This document shows, piece by piece, positions 1-12,559 of a DNA stretch of 64,000 nt. The position numbers were made by a program, and so were the translations under genes. The stretch covers positions 47,690,464-47,754,463 of the forward strand of contig NC_043011.1 of NCBI RefSeq assembly GCF_006345805.1, in the 5' to 3' direction. The DNA comes from Octopus sinensis (Eukaryota). Positions within the stretch are counted from its first letter, which is position 1; the number at the start of each line of letters is the position of its first letter. The notes under the pieces were generated by a model. It did no database searches, was not told the DNA's origin, and worked only from the letters and a program-made list of their open reading frames with translations.

Positions 1-42
1 GTTTATAAACTTGAGACAGTAGCACTAATGTTAAGTAGATTC

Positions 43-161
43 ACATTATTTACATTTGATGGATATTTGTCCTCATCTTGTTTGTTGTTAACACAACCTT
101 TTTGGCTGATGTACTCTCCAGCCTTCATCAGGAAATTTCGAACCTGGGTCCCCATTCCTAG
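43..161 (-). mobile_element. 5'-truncated copy of tRNA-headed element family A (Penelope-type HHR-like tail)
   Basis: Matches 13390-13520; minus strand reads CCTGATGAAGGCTGGAGAGTACATCAGCCAAAAAGGTTGTGTT; the CCCAAGACA segment (includes stem I 5' strand) is deleted. Confidence 0.8.
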
Positions 162-1128
162 AAGAAGAAGAAAAAGAAGCAGCAGCAGCACAGCAAGACA
201 CCAGACATTGGTGATTAAAAATCATTATATTTAGTTGTAATATCCCTTTTACAAAAGTTGTTCAACTTACTAAATCTAGGAGCAAATGCCTTGCCCAAAC
301 ATTTTATTTCTTGTGCTTTTTACAGTTGGTTGCCCTGCCAAACACCACAGAACAGTTCGTTCCTCCTTTAAAAGGCAAAAACAGAAAAATAAAGAAAAGA
401 GATTCTTTTGTGACCATGCCTACCAATACATGCATTAACCTAGTGATTGCTCAGTTGGAAACCTATAATCAGTGATACTATTGTTCGCAAAAGTTTAATC
501 TAAAACTTATATAAAAAATAAATATGTATTAGCTGGAAACTGGTTCAAAACTAGTGTCTTTAGAATCCAACTAATATTATTCACTGGAGATAATTTAATG
601 AGAGATAGTCAGAAAATCTGAACATTAGACATAATCAATTAAATGAGAAGAGAGAAACAGGAAGAGCGGAGATTTAGTTAGATTTTTAACTGTTAAGTAC
701 TTGTTAGTAATGTAGAAGCTGCTTGCATTGATTAAGTAAATATCTTGTATTCCACCTATATCAAGCAATGAACCTAGTATTTTATATTGTGTTATAGATC
801 AGGACTAATCAATAAGAGCCAGAAAAAAAAAATACCATAATGATTACGACTACTACTAATAATGACTACCCCCTAATAATAATAATGATGATGATGATTT
901 ATTTTTTTATTTATTTATTGTATTTATTTATTATTCATAAATACTAATAATGGACTGTAAAAATATATAGTGAAGAACAATGCAAAACTAATATGAAACA
1001 GATAGAAATCCTAGAAATTGGGAAACAAAATTGAATCAAAATAATAGACTGTTGCAAAGTGAAAGCAGAAAAAATTGAGAGAAATTAGGAAAAAGACTAA
1101 AGACTGAGCTAAAATGGAATTAGAGAAT

Positions 1129-1299
1129 GGAGTGGCTGTGTGGTAAGTAGCTTGCTTACCAACCACATGGTTCCGGGTTCAGTCCCACAGCATGACACTT
1201 TGGGTAAGTGTCTTCTACTATAGCCTCGGGCCAACCAAAGCCTTGTGAGTGGATTTGGTAGACGGAAACTAAAAGAAGCCCATCGTATTTATGTATGTG

Positions 1300-1330
<31 letters not shown>

Positions 1331-1549
1331 ATATATGTTTAAGTGTCTGTGTTTGTCCCCACCAACATCGCTTGACAACCAATGCTGGTATGTTTACGTC
1401 CCTGTAACTTAGCGGTTTGGCAAAACAGACCGATAGAATAAGTACTAGGCTTACAAAGAATAAGTTCTTGATTTGCTTGACTAAAGGCAGTGCTCCAGCA
1501 TGGCCACAGTCACATGACTGAAACAAGTAAAAGAGTAAAAGAGTAAAAG
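1129..1549 (+). mobile_element. SINE family 1 (tRNA head, CORE-like centre, CA/TA microsatellite, CR1-like tail)
   Basis: A box TGGCTGTGTGG, B box GGTTCAGTCC, GGGTAAGTGTCTTCT centre, tail CAGCATGGCCACAGTCACATGACTGAAAC plus (AAAAGAGT)n; about 20 copies in window. Confidence 0.9.
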
Positions 1550-1618
1550 CCCCTGCCTCTTTGTGGCCAATAGCTGGGTGCAGGGGTGGATGTTGAGAAT
1601 ATAGACAAGTATGAGCTA

Positions 1619-1851
1619 CAGGGTGCATCAGAAAGTTTGCCCTGATTTCAAAGGTTCATACAAAACAAGCACATGAAGATACAAGAAAAAACAATGCTCT
1701 CCATTCCAGGCCATTGTGGGTACTACCTGAAACAGAAAAAAACAATGGCATTTAATGAACTTCAGAGAAATACAAAGTTTTTTTCATACATCTTGATGTG
1801 TTTGTTTTTTATAAACATTTGAAATCAGGGAAACTTTTCTGCCGCACCCTG
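1619..1851. mobile_element. Tc1/mariner-type MITE
   Basis: TA|CAGGGTGCATCAGAAAGTTTGCCCTGATTTCAAA ... TTTGAAATCAGGGAAACTTTTCTGCCGCACCCTG|TA; TIRs with TA TSD. Confidence 0.85.
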
Positions 1852-2034
1852 TATAATGATTACAAGACTCAAAGCTAAAACAGAAAGAACTGTGGTACGG
1901 GATCACAGATTTAAAAAAAAAAAATTTTTAATACCAGAAACTATAATAAGCATGAACTGAAGCAGAATAAATTAAGTATTTGTAGAGTAATGAGAGTTTG
2001 GAAGAAACAATTGTTTTTCCATTTGTTTCAGGAT

Positions 2035-2037
2035 GCA

Positions 2038-2070
<33 letters not shown>

Positions 2071-2210
2071 TTAACGTCCGTTTTCTATGCTAGCATGGGT
2101 TGGACGGTTCGACCGGGGTCTGGGAAGCCAGGGGCTGCACCAGGCTCCAGTCTGATCTGGCAGTGTTTCTACAGCTGGATGCCCTTCCTAATGCCAACCA
2201 CTCCGTGAGT
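2035..2210 (-). mobile_element. RTE-clade LINE 3' end (UTR plus (ATG)n tail)
   Basis: Homologous to 52680-52830, which joins an RTE ORF end; (CAT)n on plus strand. Confidence 0.8.
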
Positions 2211-2309
2211 TTACTACAGTCTTTGTAAATAACAGAAGACATCTATAGGCATGGCACAGAGGTTTTGATACATTTGATGTTATGCCAGAGTTATGAAGTA
2301 CTGATAGAA

Positions 2310-2660
2310 AAGAGGCAGTATCAACACAAAAGAGAAATGGTTTCAGAGAATGAAAAGAAACTATGTCAATCTACACAGACAATGACATCAAAGTTAATCA
2401 GCCTGACAGAGTTGTGTAGAACAAAGAGGAAAGGAAAAATTACTTGATTAAAGTACCAGTTCCAACAGACAATAATGAATCTGTAACGGAAATGGAGAAA
2501 TTATTCAAATATAAAGATCTGCAAATAGAGATAGCCGAATGTTGAAACTAAAAGTAGAAACAACCTTTTAAACAATAGTTGCTTTGGGGAGGATTTAAAA
2601 ATTACAGGAATATATATTACCGGAAAACTCAGGACAGATACATGTACACTACAATTATAC
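2310..2660 (+). pseudogene. Degenerate R4/Dong-like LINE restriction-like endonuclease region
   Basis: With frameshift: TDNDIKVNQPDRVV*NKEERKNYLIKVPVPTDNNESVTEMEKLFKYKDLQIEIAEC*KLKVET, resembling the RPD..D..EK..KY.DL motif of RLE LINEs. Confidence 0.75.
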
Positions 2661-2689
2661 TCAACTTGCTTTTTTTTTTTTTTTTTTTG

Positions 2690-3350
2690 ATATGGATGAC
2701 CTCAAGTTTTCTATTGCAAATGATAAACAACTGGAAATATTACTGCAGACAGTACATGAGATTAAGATTATAAAAATGCTCCAAGGCAACCTAGAAGACA
2801 AGAAAATTAATTAAAAAGAACTGATATCAAGCTCAATAATGAAATTGACATAAGAGAATTAGACCAAACACAGACATACAAATGCTTAGAAAGCAATGAA
2901 GTAGACAAGATGCAACACTCTAATGGAAGGAAATGTTAGGAGGAGTATTGCAGATGCATTACACCAATACTTAAAACAGAACTAAAAGTAAGAAGCAAGG
3001 TAACAGACACTAATACTCTAACAGTCCCAGTGATAAGTTGCAGCTATTATATGCTCAACTGAAGGCAAATCAATCTAGTAAGACCATACAAGGAAACAAG
3101 AAAAAACAAGAACAATAATGAGGACCTTTAAAATTTCACAAACCAAAATCTGAAAGGGAAAGATTTTATTTAGTCAAGACAAAATAACCACAGATATGAC
3201 AGGGTTGGAACTTATGTGCCTTTGAAGTTATACCAGCATTACAAAATACCAACAGAAAAAGGGTGGAATAGTTATACACCAGATAGGGGTTTCAGAAAAT
3301 GACAAAACAAGCATACTCTGGGATATGCTAATCCTAGAGAACGGTTGTAG
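2690..3350 (+). pseudogene. Degenerate R4/Dong-like LINE RT C-terminal half and downstream region
   Basis: MDDLKFSIANDKQLEILLQTVHE (YMDD motif), ELDQTQTYKCLE, ILKTELKVRSKVTDTNTLTVPVISCSY, ENDKTSILWDM; many stops and frameshifts. Confidence 0.75.
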
Positions 3351-3624
3351 TGTATTCCTGGATGGATATGTTAATCTATACATATTAGAAGATATAGATA
3401 GACCAAATGGCTAAGATATTATTGTTAAGGATCACCAAAACCAAAATGTGATCTAGAATAGAAATAGAATAGAAATGCATTTTGCAGACTAAAACAAAAC
3501 CCCATATGTACATAACATACAGAAAATAATATTTAATAGGGACTACACATGTATTACAGGGTATTGTTGATTCAATAGAAGCAATAAAAACAAAACATTG
3601 CATATAATCTAGATATTAGGAGCA

Positions 3625-3935
3625 CTCCGTCGGTTACGACGACGAGGGTCCCAGCTGATACAATCAACAGAAAAGCCAGCTCGTGAAATTAATCTGCAAG
3701 TGACTGAGCAATCCACAGACAAGCGTACCCCTAACGTAGTTGTCAGGGAGATTCAATGTGACACAGAGTGTGACAAAGCTGGCCCTTTGAACTCGTTTTT
3801 GCCAGCTGAGTGGACTTGAGCAACATGAAATAAAGTGTCTTGCTGAAGGACACAATGCGTTGCTGGGAATCAAACTCATGACCTTACAATCGTGAGCCAA
3901 ATTCCCTAACCACTAAGCCATGCACCTTCACAAGC
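3625..3935 (-). mobile_element. SINE family 3 (tRNA head)
   Basis: Minus strand GCATGGCTTAGTGGTTAGG (A box), GAGTTTGATTCC (B box), GTGTCCTTCAGCAAGACAC; copies at 7190-7435, 11555-11868, 53700-54060, 54360-54710. Confidence 0.85.
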
Positions 3936-3994
3936 TGTGATCAACAGGGTAGTGAAAGCACACAATGAATATAAGACTACTGAATAATATCCTC

Positions 3995-4400
3995 CTCCAT
4001 GCTGGCATGGGTTGGATGATCTGAGAGGAGCTGACCAAGCAGGAGCCTGCACCTTACCTCTGTGTTTGTTTTGGCAAGGTTTTTATAGCTGGATGCCCTT
4101 CCTAACACCAACAACCTCACAGAGTGGACCGAGTGCTTTTTTGTGTGGAACCAGCACAAGCGAAATCAGTTTTTTCAACTGTGTGCCCTTCCAAATGACA
4201 ACCATTTTACAGTGAGGACTGGATGTTTTTGAAGTGGCACCAGCAGGTCACTAAGTAACTTTGCAAGACAAGAAATCTTTGAGAAGCGAGGTGGGGAGGG
4301 GACATTGGAGGAGGTGATCTCGTGCCAGATGATGAAAGGTTACAGTGTGACAGAGATACAGAAACAGATGTCTAGCTGTAGACGAGGTACATTAAATAAT
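3995..4400 (-). mobile_element. RTE LINE 3' UTR fragment
   Basis: GCTGGCATGGGTTGGATG and CAGCTGGATGCCCTTCCTAACACCAAC motifs shared with other copies. Confidence 0.7.
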
Positions 4401-4470
4401 GAGTCAGATATATAGAGAAAATCAAAAATTATACTCAATCATGTTACCTGGCTTGCACCATCAAAGACAC

Positions 4471-4602
4471 ACTCTAACAGTCCCAGTGATAAGTTACAGT
4501 TATAATATTCTTAACTGAATGCAAATCAATCTAGTAAGACCATACAAGGAGTCAAGAACAATAATGAGGACATTAAAAATTCACAACCCAAAATCTGAAA
4601 GG
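4471..4602 (+). repeat. Second copy of R4-like segment 3015-3157
   Basis: ACTCTAACAGTCCCAGTGATAAGTT ... CAAATCAATCTAGTAAGACCATACAAGGA ... CAAAATCTGAAAGG in both. Confidence 0.85.
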
Positions 4603-4769
4603 TTACAATACATAATTTAAGAGCGAGGGACAACAATGCATCATTATCTTACCTCGAAGAGCTATTATGAGGTATTGGGGAAACTCCTGAACTGCGCAGT
4701 CTATAGTTTCATTTATATAATAATTGGTATTTAAATGTAAATTCACTAATTAGTAAATTTCATTTACAG

Positions 4770-4941
4770 ACTAATTACATCCAGGAACAGATTTTATTTA
4801 CTGCCTGAGGTTAGATGGTCAGATTTGAACACGACTAAATTGTATACAAATATACTTTACTCCACTTGCGTATCCATCATGGTGGACATGGACAAGTTAT
4901 TGAACTTCAATGAATTCCATAACAATGATGATAATGGAAAT
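4770..4941 (+). CDS. Candidate coding exon of unidentified gene (phase 2 to 0)
   Basis: Acceptor tttcatttacag, 57 open codons LITSRNRFYLLPEVRWSDLNTTKLYTNILYSTCVSIMVDMDKLLNFNEFHNNDDNGN, donor GTATGC; no homology recognised. Confidence 0.3.
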
Positions 4942-4961
4942 GTATGCACACAAACAGAAAC

Positions 4962-5000
<39 letters not shown>

Positions 5001-6229
5001 TACATAGAGTGGGTTGGAAACTGGCTTAAACTCTATTAGAGAAAAGTTGAAAAATAAAACAGACTTCACTGTGTGAATAAATATATACACATACATACAT
5101 ACAAACATGCATATACAGATATATACATACGTATACAGACATACATACATATACATAGATATATATACATACACAGACATACATACATGCATACACAAAG
5201 ATATATATACATACACAGACATACATACATATACATAGATATATAGACATACATACATATATATATATACATACATACATATGATGATCATACATACAAA
5301 CATATAAATATATGTATATATATTTATCCACACACATATATATATGTATACACATGCACACAGGCACACCTACACATATACATATTCAGAAAAATTTATC
5401 GAGGAATTTGACTGGCAGCTTGTTGAATTTTTTTAACAATTTTTTCCCCCTCTTATAGACATTCAAATTTTGAAATTTATTCCAATGTACATGTATATGT
5501 GTGCATAATTTATCTTTATAGAAATGTGTAGGTAAGTATTTACCTGGACATGTAAGTATGTGTTTCACGTGGACGTGCCTGTGTAACTACTTATCTGTCT
5601 TACACATAAAGCCACTCAAAATGTTATACATACATATATTTATGTATACATATGTACACAAACATACCCACTCATAATGCATATTTGTACACGCGTGTGT
5701 GTAGGTGTAGTTGTGTGTGTATGTGTGTATCAGTCAGCTTAGATTTAGTTTAAGTTTAAATAAAATAAGAAAAAGACGATAGGAATATTGGAATCTGGCA
5801 AAAAAACAAAACAGTCTCTGGAAGATGGACATAGAAAAAGTGTATGCATGTGTGTGCTTATGTGTGTATATATGCAAGAGAGAGAGAGAGAGAGAGAGAG
5901 GGGGCAGGAGAGAGAGAAGAGCCATAGTGAAGAACATCAACAACAATAACATTGAAAGCTACAAAGAAACAAATGTTCAAACAAAGCAAGAAAAATGAAG
6001 ACAAACAGACAATCACAAGAATAAATGAAAAGAAGCTTCCAGGACCATGTAGATTATAATGGCAGTCAATAAGATTCAAATTACAATTTGATGGAGAAGT
6101 AAAAAAAAAAAAAAAAATTAAAGCAAAAACAAAAATAGCTACAATGATGAAGATGGAACAATAATGCTAATAACTATTTATTTATTTATTTATTTGCCAC
6201 AAGGGCTATGACTGGAGAAAATAAAAGAG

Positions 6230-6620
6230 CATGTCCCTCAGTGGCTGACAATACGTGCATCTCTGATCATGTGCAGAAATTGTAGGGGAGCATCATAGTC
6301 ATGTGTTGAGAGGAATTCTTTGGGGTTTGAATATTTCACCTTTGGAAACATGGGTGTTTCGTTCAACATCCTGAAACAACCCTTATTCAAGGACCTTTTG
6401 AGTGGAATGGGTTACTCAACCAGAAGAAAATTCTAGCTGGGCCCCACCTGCAAGGTCATGTGGTGTTTATCTTGATATGAGATCACCATGTCACGCGTAT
6501 ATGGTTGTGATGCATGTGCCTGGTGTACCCTTATCAGACGTGTAGTCATGATGGGTATACTGGGCTTCGTATATTTTACCCCAGTGTCACTTTGATGGCA
6601 TGCACTGCTCTCTCACTCAG
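6230..6620 (+). mobile_element. 5'-truncated copy of (TAA)n-associated non-coding element
   Basis: Homologous to 34405-34930; ends CACTGCTCTCTCACTCAG followed by (TAA)n. Confidence 0.8.
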
Positions 6621-6649
6621 TAATAATAATAATCATAATCCTTTCAACT

Positions 6650-6917
6650 CTAAGTGCAAGGCCTGAAATATACGGGGAGGGGACTGATCGATTTCATCAA
6701 CCCCAGTGTTTCACAGGTACTTAATTTATCGACTTCGAAAAGATGAAAGACAAAACTGACTTTTATGTAATTTGAACTCAAAATGTAGAGACAGAAGAAA
6801 TTCTGCTAACCATTTTGCTCAGCATGCTAATAATAATAATAATAATAATTCTTTCAACTATGGGTGCAAGTAACAATAATAATAGTAATAATAATAATAG
6901 TAATAATAATAATGATG

Positions 6918-6984
<67 letters not shown>

Positions 6985-8275
6985 TCCTTCCAACTATAGG
7001 TGCAGAGCCTGTAATTTTTGGGTGGGGTAAATCAATTACTTCAACCCCAGTGCTCAACTGGTATTTATTTCATCAATGCTGAAAGGATGAAAGGCAAAGA
7101 TGACCTTGTCAGTTTTTGAACTCGGAACAAAACGACCAACAAAATGCCACTAAGCATTCTGCCTTTTTATTTTATTATTTATTTTTAGTCACCTTCCCGA
7201 GTCATGCTGACTCATAAGAGCTGGTTCCCCTGTTTTATTGTGTATATATTCCCCACCTGGATGGGACGTTGGTCCGTCACAGGATTACTCATTTTTGCCA
7301 GCTCAGTGGACTGGAGCAACATGAAAGGAAGTGTTTAGCGAGAGAACACAACGTGTCGTCCAGTCCAGGAATTGAAACCACAATCTTGCCTTTATGAGTC
7401 CAGCACCTTAACTACTAAGCCATATGCCTCCACAAGTATATTGCCTGGCATGCTAACAATTCTGCCAGCTTGCTGCCCCAGAATAAAAATAATAATAATT
7501 ATGGTTTCAAATTTTGGAGCAACACCAGCAATTTTGGTGTAGTGTGTATGTTGATCAAACTGACCCCAGCACGCAACTGGTACTTATTTTACTGTCCACA
7601 AAAGGATGAAAGGCAAAGTCAACCCTGGAAGTGTTTGAACTCAGAACATAAAGATAGATAAAATGTCGCTAAGCATTCCACCTGGAGTGCTAACAATTCG
7701 GCCAGCTCACCACCTTAAATATAACTATAATAATTATTTCAAATTTTTGCCACAAGAGCAGCCATTTTAGGGGTGGGGATGAGCAGATTACATGGGCCCC
7801 AGTGTTCAACTGGTACTTATTTTATCGACCCCAAAAAGATGAAATGCAAAGTCGACTTCAGTGGAATAACTCAGAACATACATGGGCAAAATACAGCTAA
7901 GCATTTCATCCAGCGTGATAAAGATTCTACCAGCTTACCACTTTCAATATTATAATAATAATAATAATAATGTTTTTAATATAGATACAAAGCCTTAAAT
8001 AAGTGAAAGAAGAAGAGTTAACTATACTGGCTCCAGTACTTTACTGGTACTCTGTCTTGCTGAATTTGTAAAAAGTGAAAGGCAAAATTGATGTTAGTAA
8101 AATTTGAACTCAGAATGCAGAGAGCGGAAACTAAATATCACAAAGCATCTTGTCCATTTGACCATCAATTCTGCCCAATTATCACCCTTGAAAGTAGCAG
8201 TGAAATAATACTGGTACAAATATCAATAATCTCTTTTGTTTTTAATTTTCAGAAATAATAAAAATAATAATAATG

Positions 8276-8308
<33 letters not shown>

Positions 8309-8700
8309 GAGTGGTGAGCTGGTAGATTCTTTAGTACACTGGGCAAAATGCTTTGCAGCATTTCATCTACTTTTACATTCTGAGTTCAAATTCCGTCAAG
8401 GCCGACTTTGCTTTTCCTCCTTTCAGGGTCGACAAAGTAAGTACCAGTTATGCTCTGGGGTCGACAGAATCGACTAGCCCCATCCCATCGAATTTCAGGC
8501 ATTGTGCCTATAGTAGAAAGGATCATTATTATTGTTATTATTATTATTATTATTATCATTATTAGTTCAAATTCTGCAGTGGTTGATATTGTCTTTCATT
8601 CTTTCAGGGTCGATAAAATAAGTACCAGTTGAATACTGGGGTTAATGTGATTAACTTACTCCTTCCCCCAAAATTTCTGGCCTTATGCTAAAATTTGAAA
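6650..8700. mobile_element. Cluster of about 7 degenerate SINE family 2 copies with (TAA)n tracts
   Basis: Repeated GAAAGGATGAAAGGCAAAGTCGAC / GAATTTGAACTCAGAA motifs at about 6650-6830, 6985-7160, 7500-7720, 7740-7945, 8020-8180 (minus) and 8310-8515, 8565-8700 (plus). Confidence 0.8.
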
Positions 8701-8719
8701 CCATTATCATTGCTATTAC

Positions 8720-8753
<34 letters not shown>

Positions 8754-8799
8754 AGCAAAATAATAATATTAACAAGAAAATTAAATACACACATACACT

Positions 8800-9200
8800 T
8801 AAGTGTACAAAAAAACCTATGGAATCGATGAATTCCAACTGGAAACTATCCAAGTTTTGACGATCATTAAAAAGTTATCTACCTCATCAAGTAAAGATGA
8901 ATATCCCAAATTTCTGATCAATTTTCCGATGATTGATCAATAGATACATTTCTGAAGTTCTTCTCGAGTTCTCTCCATCCTATCGAAACAACAACAGTAA
9001 ACAGCAGACGTTGGTATTCCTGCGTGATGTCTATCTACAAAAAGTTTCAGCCGGGACAAACACACCAGACCTTCTTGTTGAGTCACCGCTCTTCTTCTTC
9101 ACTCGTTCTGTCATTCAAGACACTTATCGTGTCACAGGAATTACTGGGTGCATGGGTGGGTAGACACATTGGCGTATGGGTGGAGAGAGTGACAGTTTTA
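8800..9200. other. Unique CpG-retaining segment: possible 5' UTR/promoter (minus) or coding exon (plus)
   Basis: About 12 CpGs in about 370 bp in CpG-poor surroundings; 76-aa non-repetitive plus ORF 8933-9163; adjacent (GTA)n and (GA)n. Confidence 0.3.
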
Positions 9201-9329
9201 GTGGTGATGTTGGTAATGATAATAGTAGTAGTAGTAGTAGTAGTAAGTAGTAGTAGTAGTAGTGGTAGTAGTAGTAGTCATAATGATGATGACAATAAGT
9301 GTCAGATAGCAATAAAGATGCTTGATGTT

Positions 9330-9380
<51 letters not shown>

Positions 9381-9702
9381 GTGAATGTGAATAAAGAGTG
9401 ATAGTGATTAAGGTGGTGGTAAGATATAATGAATAAGGAGAGAACCGATGCTATCAGCTGTCATACAGTTATGATGGGACTATTTCAATGACCATTGTCC
9501 AATGCTTATATCAGTATCATTGATATAAGCATCGCATATACAAACACATCATAGGGTTTGTTTGTTTTTTGTTTTTTTTAATTATCTCTTATGTGAAGTT
9601 CAGTTTCGTGAAATGATTTTTCACCACTTTGTGCCTTGTTTTCTAGGTCTCCCATCTTTTTGCAAGTTGTGCCCATTTCAAGTGCCCAGCACTTCTTTTT
9701 TT

Positions 9703-10085
9703 TCTTTTATTCTTTTACTTGTTTCAATCAGTTGACTGTGGCCATGCTGGAGCACTGTCTTAAAGGATATTTTTAAGTTGAAGAAATCTACCCCGGGACT
9801 TATTGTATGTAAGCCTAGCACTTATTCTATCGGACCTCTTTTGCTGAACTGCTAAGTTGCAGGGGGGGGGGGCATAAACACACCAATATCAGTTGTCAAG
9901 CGATGGTGGTGGGGACAAACACAGACACACAGACATATACATACACATAAATACATACACACACACAATGGGCTTCTTTCAGTTTCTGTCTACCAAATCA
10001 ACTCACAAGGCTCTGAGGCCATAGTAGAAGACACTTGCCCAAGGTACCACGCAGTGCGACTGAACCCCGAACCATGCGATTGGTT
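9703..10085 (-). mobile_element. SINE family 1
   Basis: Homology to family consensus, head slightly truncated. Confidence 0.9.
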
Positions 10086-10466
10086 TCATGAAAAATTTGA
10101 AGTCAAAACATGAAGTAAATATACTAAACACTGTTTAATTAGTTTTAATGTATTTATTGTTATGAGTAGCAGAAATTGAATTAAAAATTATTGGGGTGGG
10201 GGGCAAAGAAAAAAATTAGCTTGAAAATATAATTTCAATCGTGTCACCAAACATGGAAGAAACTCCAGACATGTTTCTTTCAAATTAAATCTTCTTGGCA
10301 AAGCACAGTCTTTACCATAATTTTTGAAGCAATTTATGAATGTATTTCCACATTAATGTATAATACTGCATATAATTAATTTTTTTTTAAAATAAATTAA
10401 TAGTAATTACTCATAGATGATATCCACATGAATAACAGTATTTAAGCTTTAGAATTAACATAACAT

Positions 10467-10858
10467 ACTCTTTACTCTTTTACTTGTTTCAGTCATTTGA
10501 CTACGGCCATGCTGGAGCACCGCCTTTAGTCAAGCAAATTGGCCCCAGGACGTATTCTTTGTAAGCCTCGTACTTATTCTTTTGCTGAACCGCTAAGTTA
10601 CGGGGGACGTAAACACACCAGCATTGGTTGTCAAGCGATGTTGGGGGGGACAAACACAGACACATAAACACACATGCACATATATATATTTACATATATA
10701 CGACGGTCTTCTTTCAGTTTCCATCTACCAAATCCACTCACAAAGCTTTGGTTGGCCTGAGGCTATAATAGAAGACACTTGCCCAAGGTGCCATGCAGTG
10801 GAACTGAACCTGGAACCATGTGGTTGGTAAGCAAGCTACTTACCACACAGCCACTCCT
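10467..10858 (-). mobile_element. SINE family 1, full length
   Basis: Head-to-tail homology. Confidence 0.9.
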
Positions 10859-10979
10859 ATGCCTAGTAGTGAATATTTTTAAAAATCTAATTGCAGGGAG
10901 TTATATGGTAGGAAAAGACAATGTAAACACAACGACATATCAACCACAGTTGTTGACTAATATCAATTTCATCAAAGGT

Positions 10980-11190
10980 GATGAGCTGGCAGAAATCTTA
11001 GAATGCTGGGTGAAATGCTTAGCGGTATTTCGTCTGAGTTCTGAGTTCAAATTCCACTGAGGTCGACTTTGCCTTTCTTCCGTTCGGGGGTCGGTAAATT
11101 AAGTACCAATTGCATACTGAGGTCAATCTAATTGACTGGCCCCACCTCCCACAAAATTTCAGGCCTTGTGCCTAGAGTACAAAAGAATAT
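10980..11190 (+). mobile_element. SINE family 2 (tRNA-like head, conserved central domain)
   Basis: GAGCTGGCAGAA A box, GAGTTCAAATTCC B box, GGTCGACTTTGCCTTTC..GGGGTCGGTAAATTAAGTACC centre (resembles, from memory, Meta-type SINE central domains). Confidence 0.85.
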
Positions 11191-11554
11191 TATTTTAATT
11201 AGTTACGAAAGTATGGAAGACAATTTCAGAAGTGTTTCTGTCTTGTTAAACCTTTTTCAGTGAAATGTAGATGCCATTATACTTAAGTAGTGATGACAGA
11301 ATCATAGAGCAGATATAAAATATTATGCATTAATAGACAAAAAAAGAAAAAAGAATATCGCAAAGAGTAAATCATCAGGTTAATAACTGAGCTTACACCG
11401 CAGAGTAATTAACGTGTTTGATTTATTCTTTGAAATATTGTAATGATTTCTAAAATAAATAAAAGATACTAAATTTAGGTGGGAAAATAGTCAATTTAAC
11501 TGATATCCTCATACTTTATGTATTACTATCAACCTTAATGTGAACTGAAAAAAG

Positions 11555-11868
11555 AGCACTCCGTCGGTTACGACGATGAGGGTTGCAGCTTGTATGATCA
11601 ACAAACAGCTTGCTCGTGAAATTAATGTGCAAGAGACTGAGAAATCCACAGACATGTGTACCTCTATTGTGTAGTTCTCAGGGAGATTCAGCATGACACA
11701 AAGTGTGACAATGCCAGCCCTTTGAAATACAGGTACAACTCATTTTTGCCAGCTGAGTGGACTGGAGCAATGTGAAATAAAGGACATAACGCATCGCCGG
11801 GAATTGAACTCACAACCTTACAATCTCAATCCAAATGCCCTAACCACTAAGCTACGCCCCTTCACAGT
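11555..11868 (-). mobile_element. SINE family 3
   Basis: Homologous to 3625-3935. Confidence 0.85.
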
Positions 11869-12559
11869 GTGTGAACTGAACTCAGAAAATAAAGAGGCAT
11901 AAATACTGTGTGGTATTTTCTCTGCCCTACAATCAGTTATGTCAAATCCATTGCCCTTATAATAACAATAATGGTTTCAAATTTTGCCACAAGGTCAACT
12001 ATTTTGGGGAAGGGGATGAGTCAATTACATCAACCCCAGAATTCAACTGGTACTCATTTCATCGACCCCCAAAAGGATGAAAGGTAAAGTCGACCTCAGC
12101 AGAATTTGAACTCAGGACGGCATCCAGGAATTCTGGATTAAATATTTTAAGTCAACGTATAGAAAGGGCAATCATCTTAATGTGTTGCACAGACAGAGGC
12201 ACTGAGCTTGAATGGCTGAAGGAGAGTTTATTCTAAATACAAGGGAGCCTGTGAGGATAACTTGATTCTCACTGTAACCACTTGAGTTCTATTACATTCT
12301 TAATTTTCTTTTACTTGTTTCAGTCATTTGACTGTGGCCATGTTAGAGCACCGCCTTATAAATTCTATTCAGTTCAGTTGAAATGGGTTGATACCTAGTG
12401 GACATTCTCAGTGGTCAAAGCTTCTGGTGATCCATCCAAAGTGTCTTATTTATGTATTTTTCTTTTAAGAAGTAGCATGTGATTTAAGGATATTTTGATG
12501 CTACTTCTAGTATGTTGAACAATCTAGAGAGTTGAAGGAATTTAGTTGCTATTTCTAGC

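Noticed and set aside
4857-5369. Long Y/I/C/V/H/T-rich ORFs here and at 14.5-15.0, 18.5-19.3, 20.4-21.0, 30.2-30.6 and 54.0-55.1 kb
   Set aside because: Translations of TA/CA/TG microsatellites, which lack stop codons in several frames
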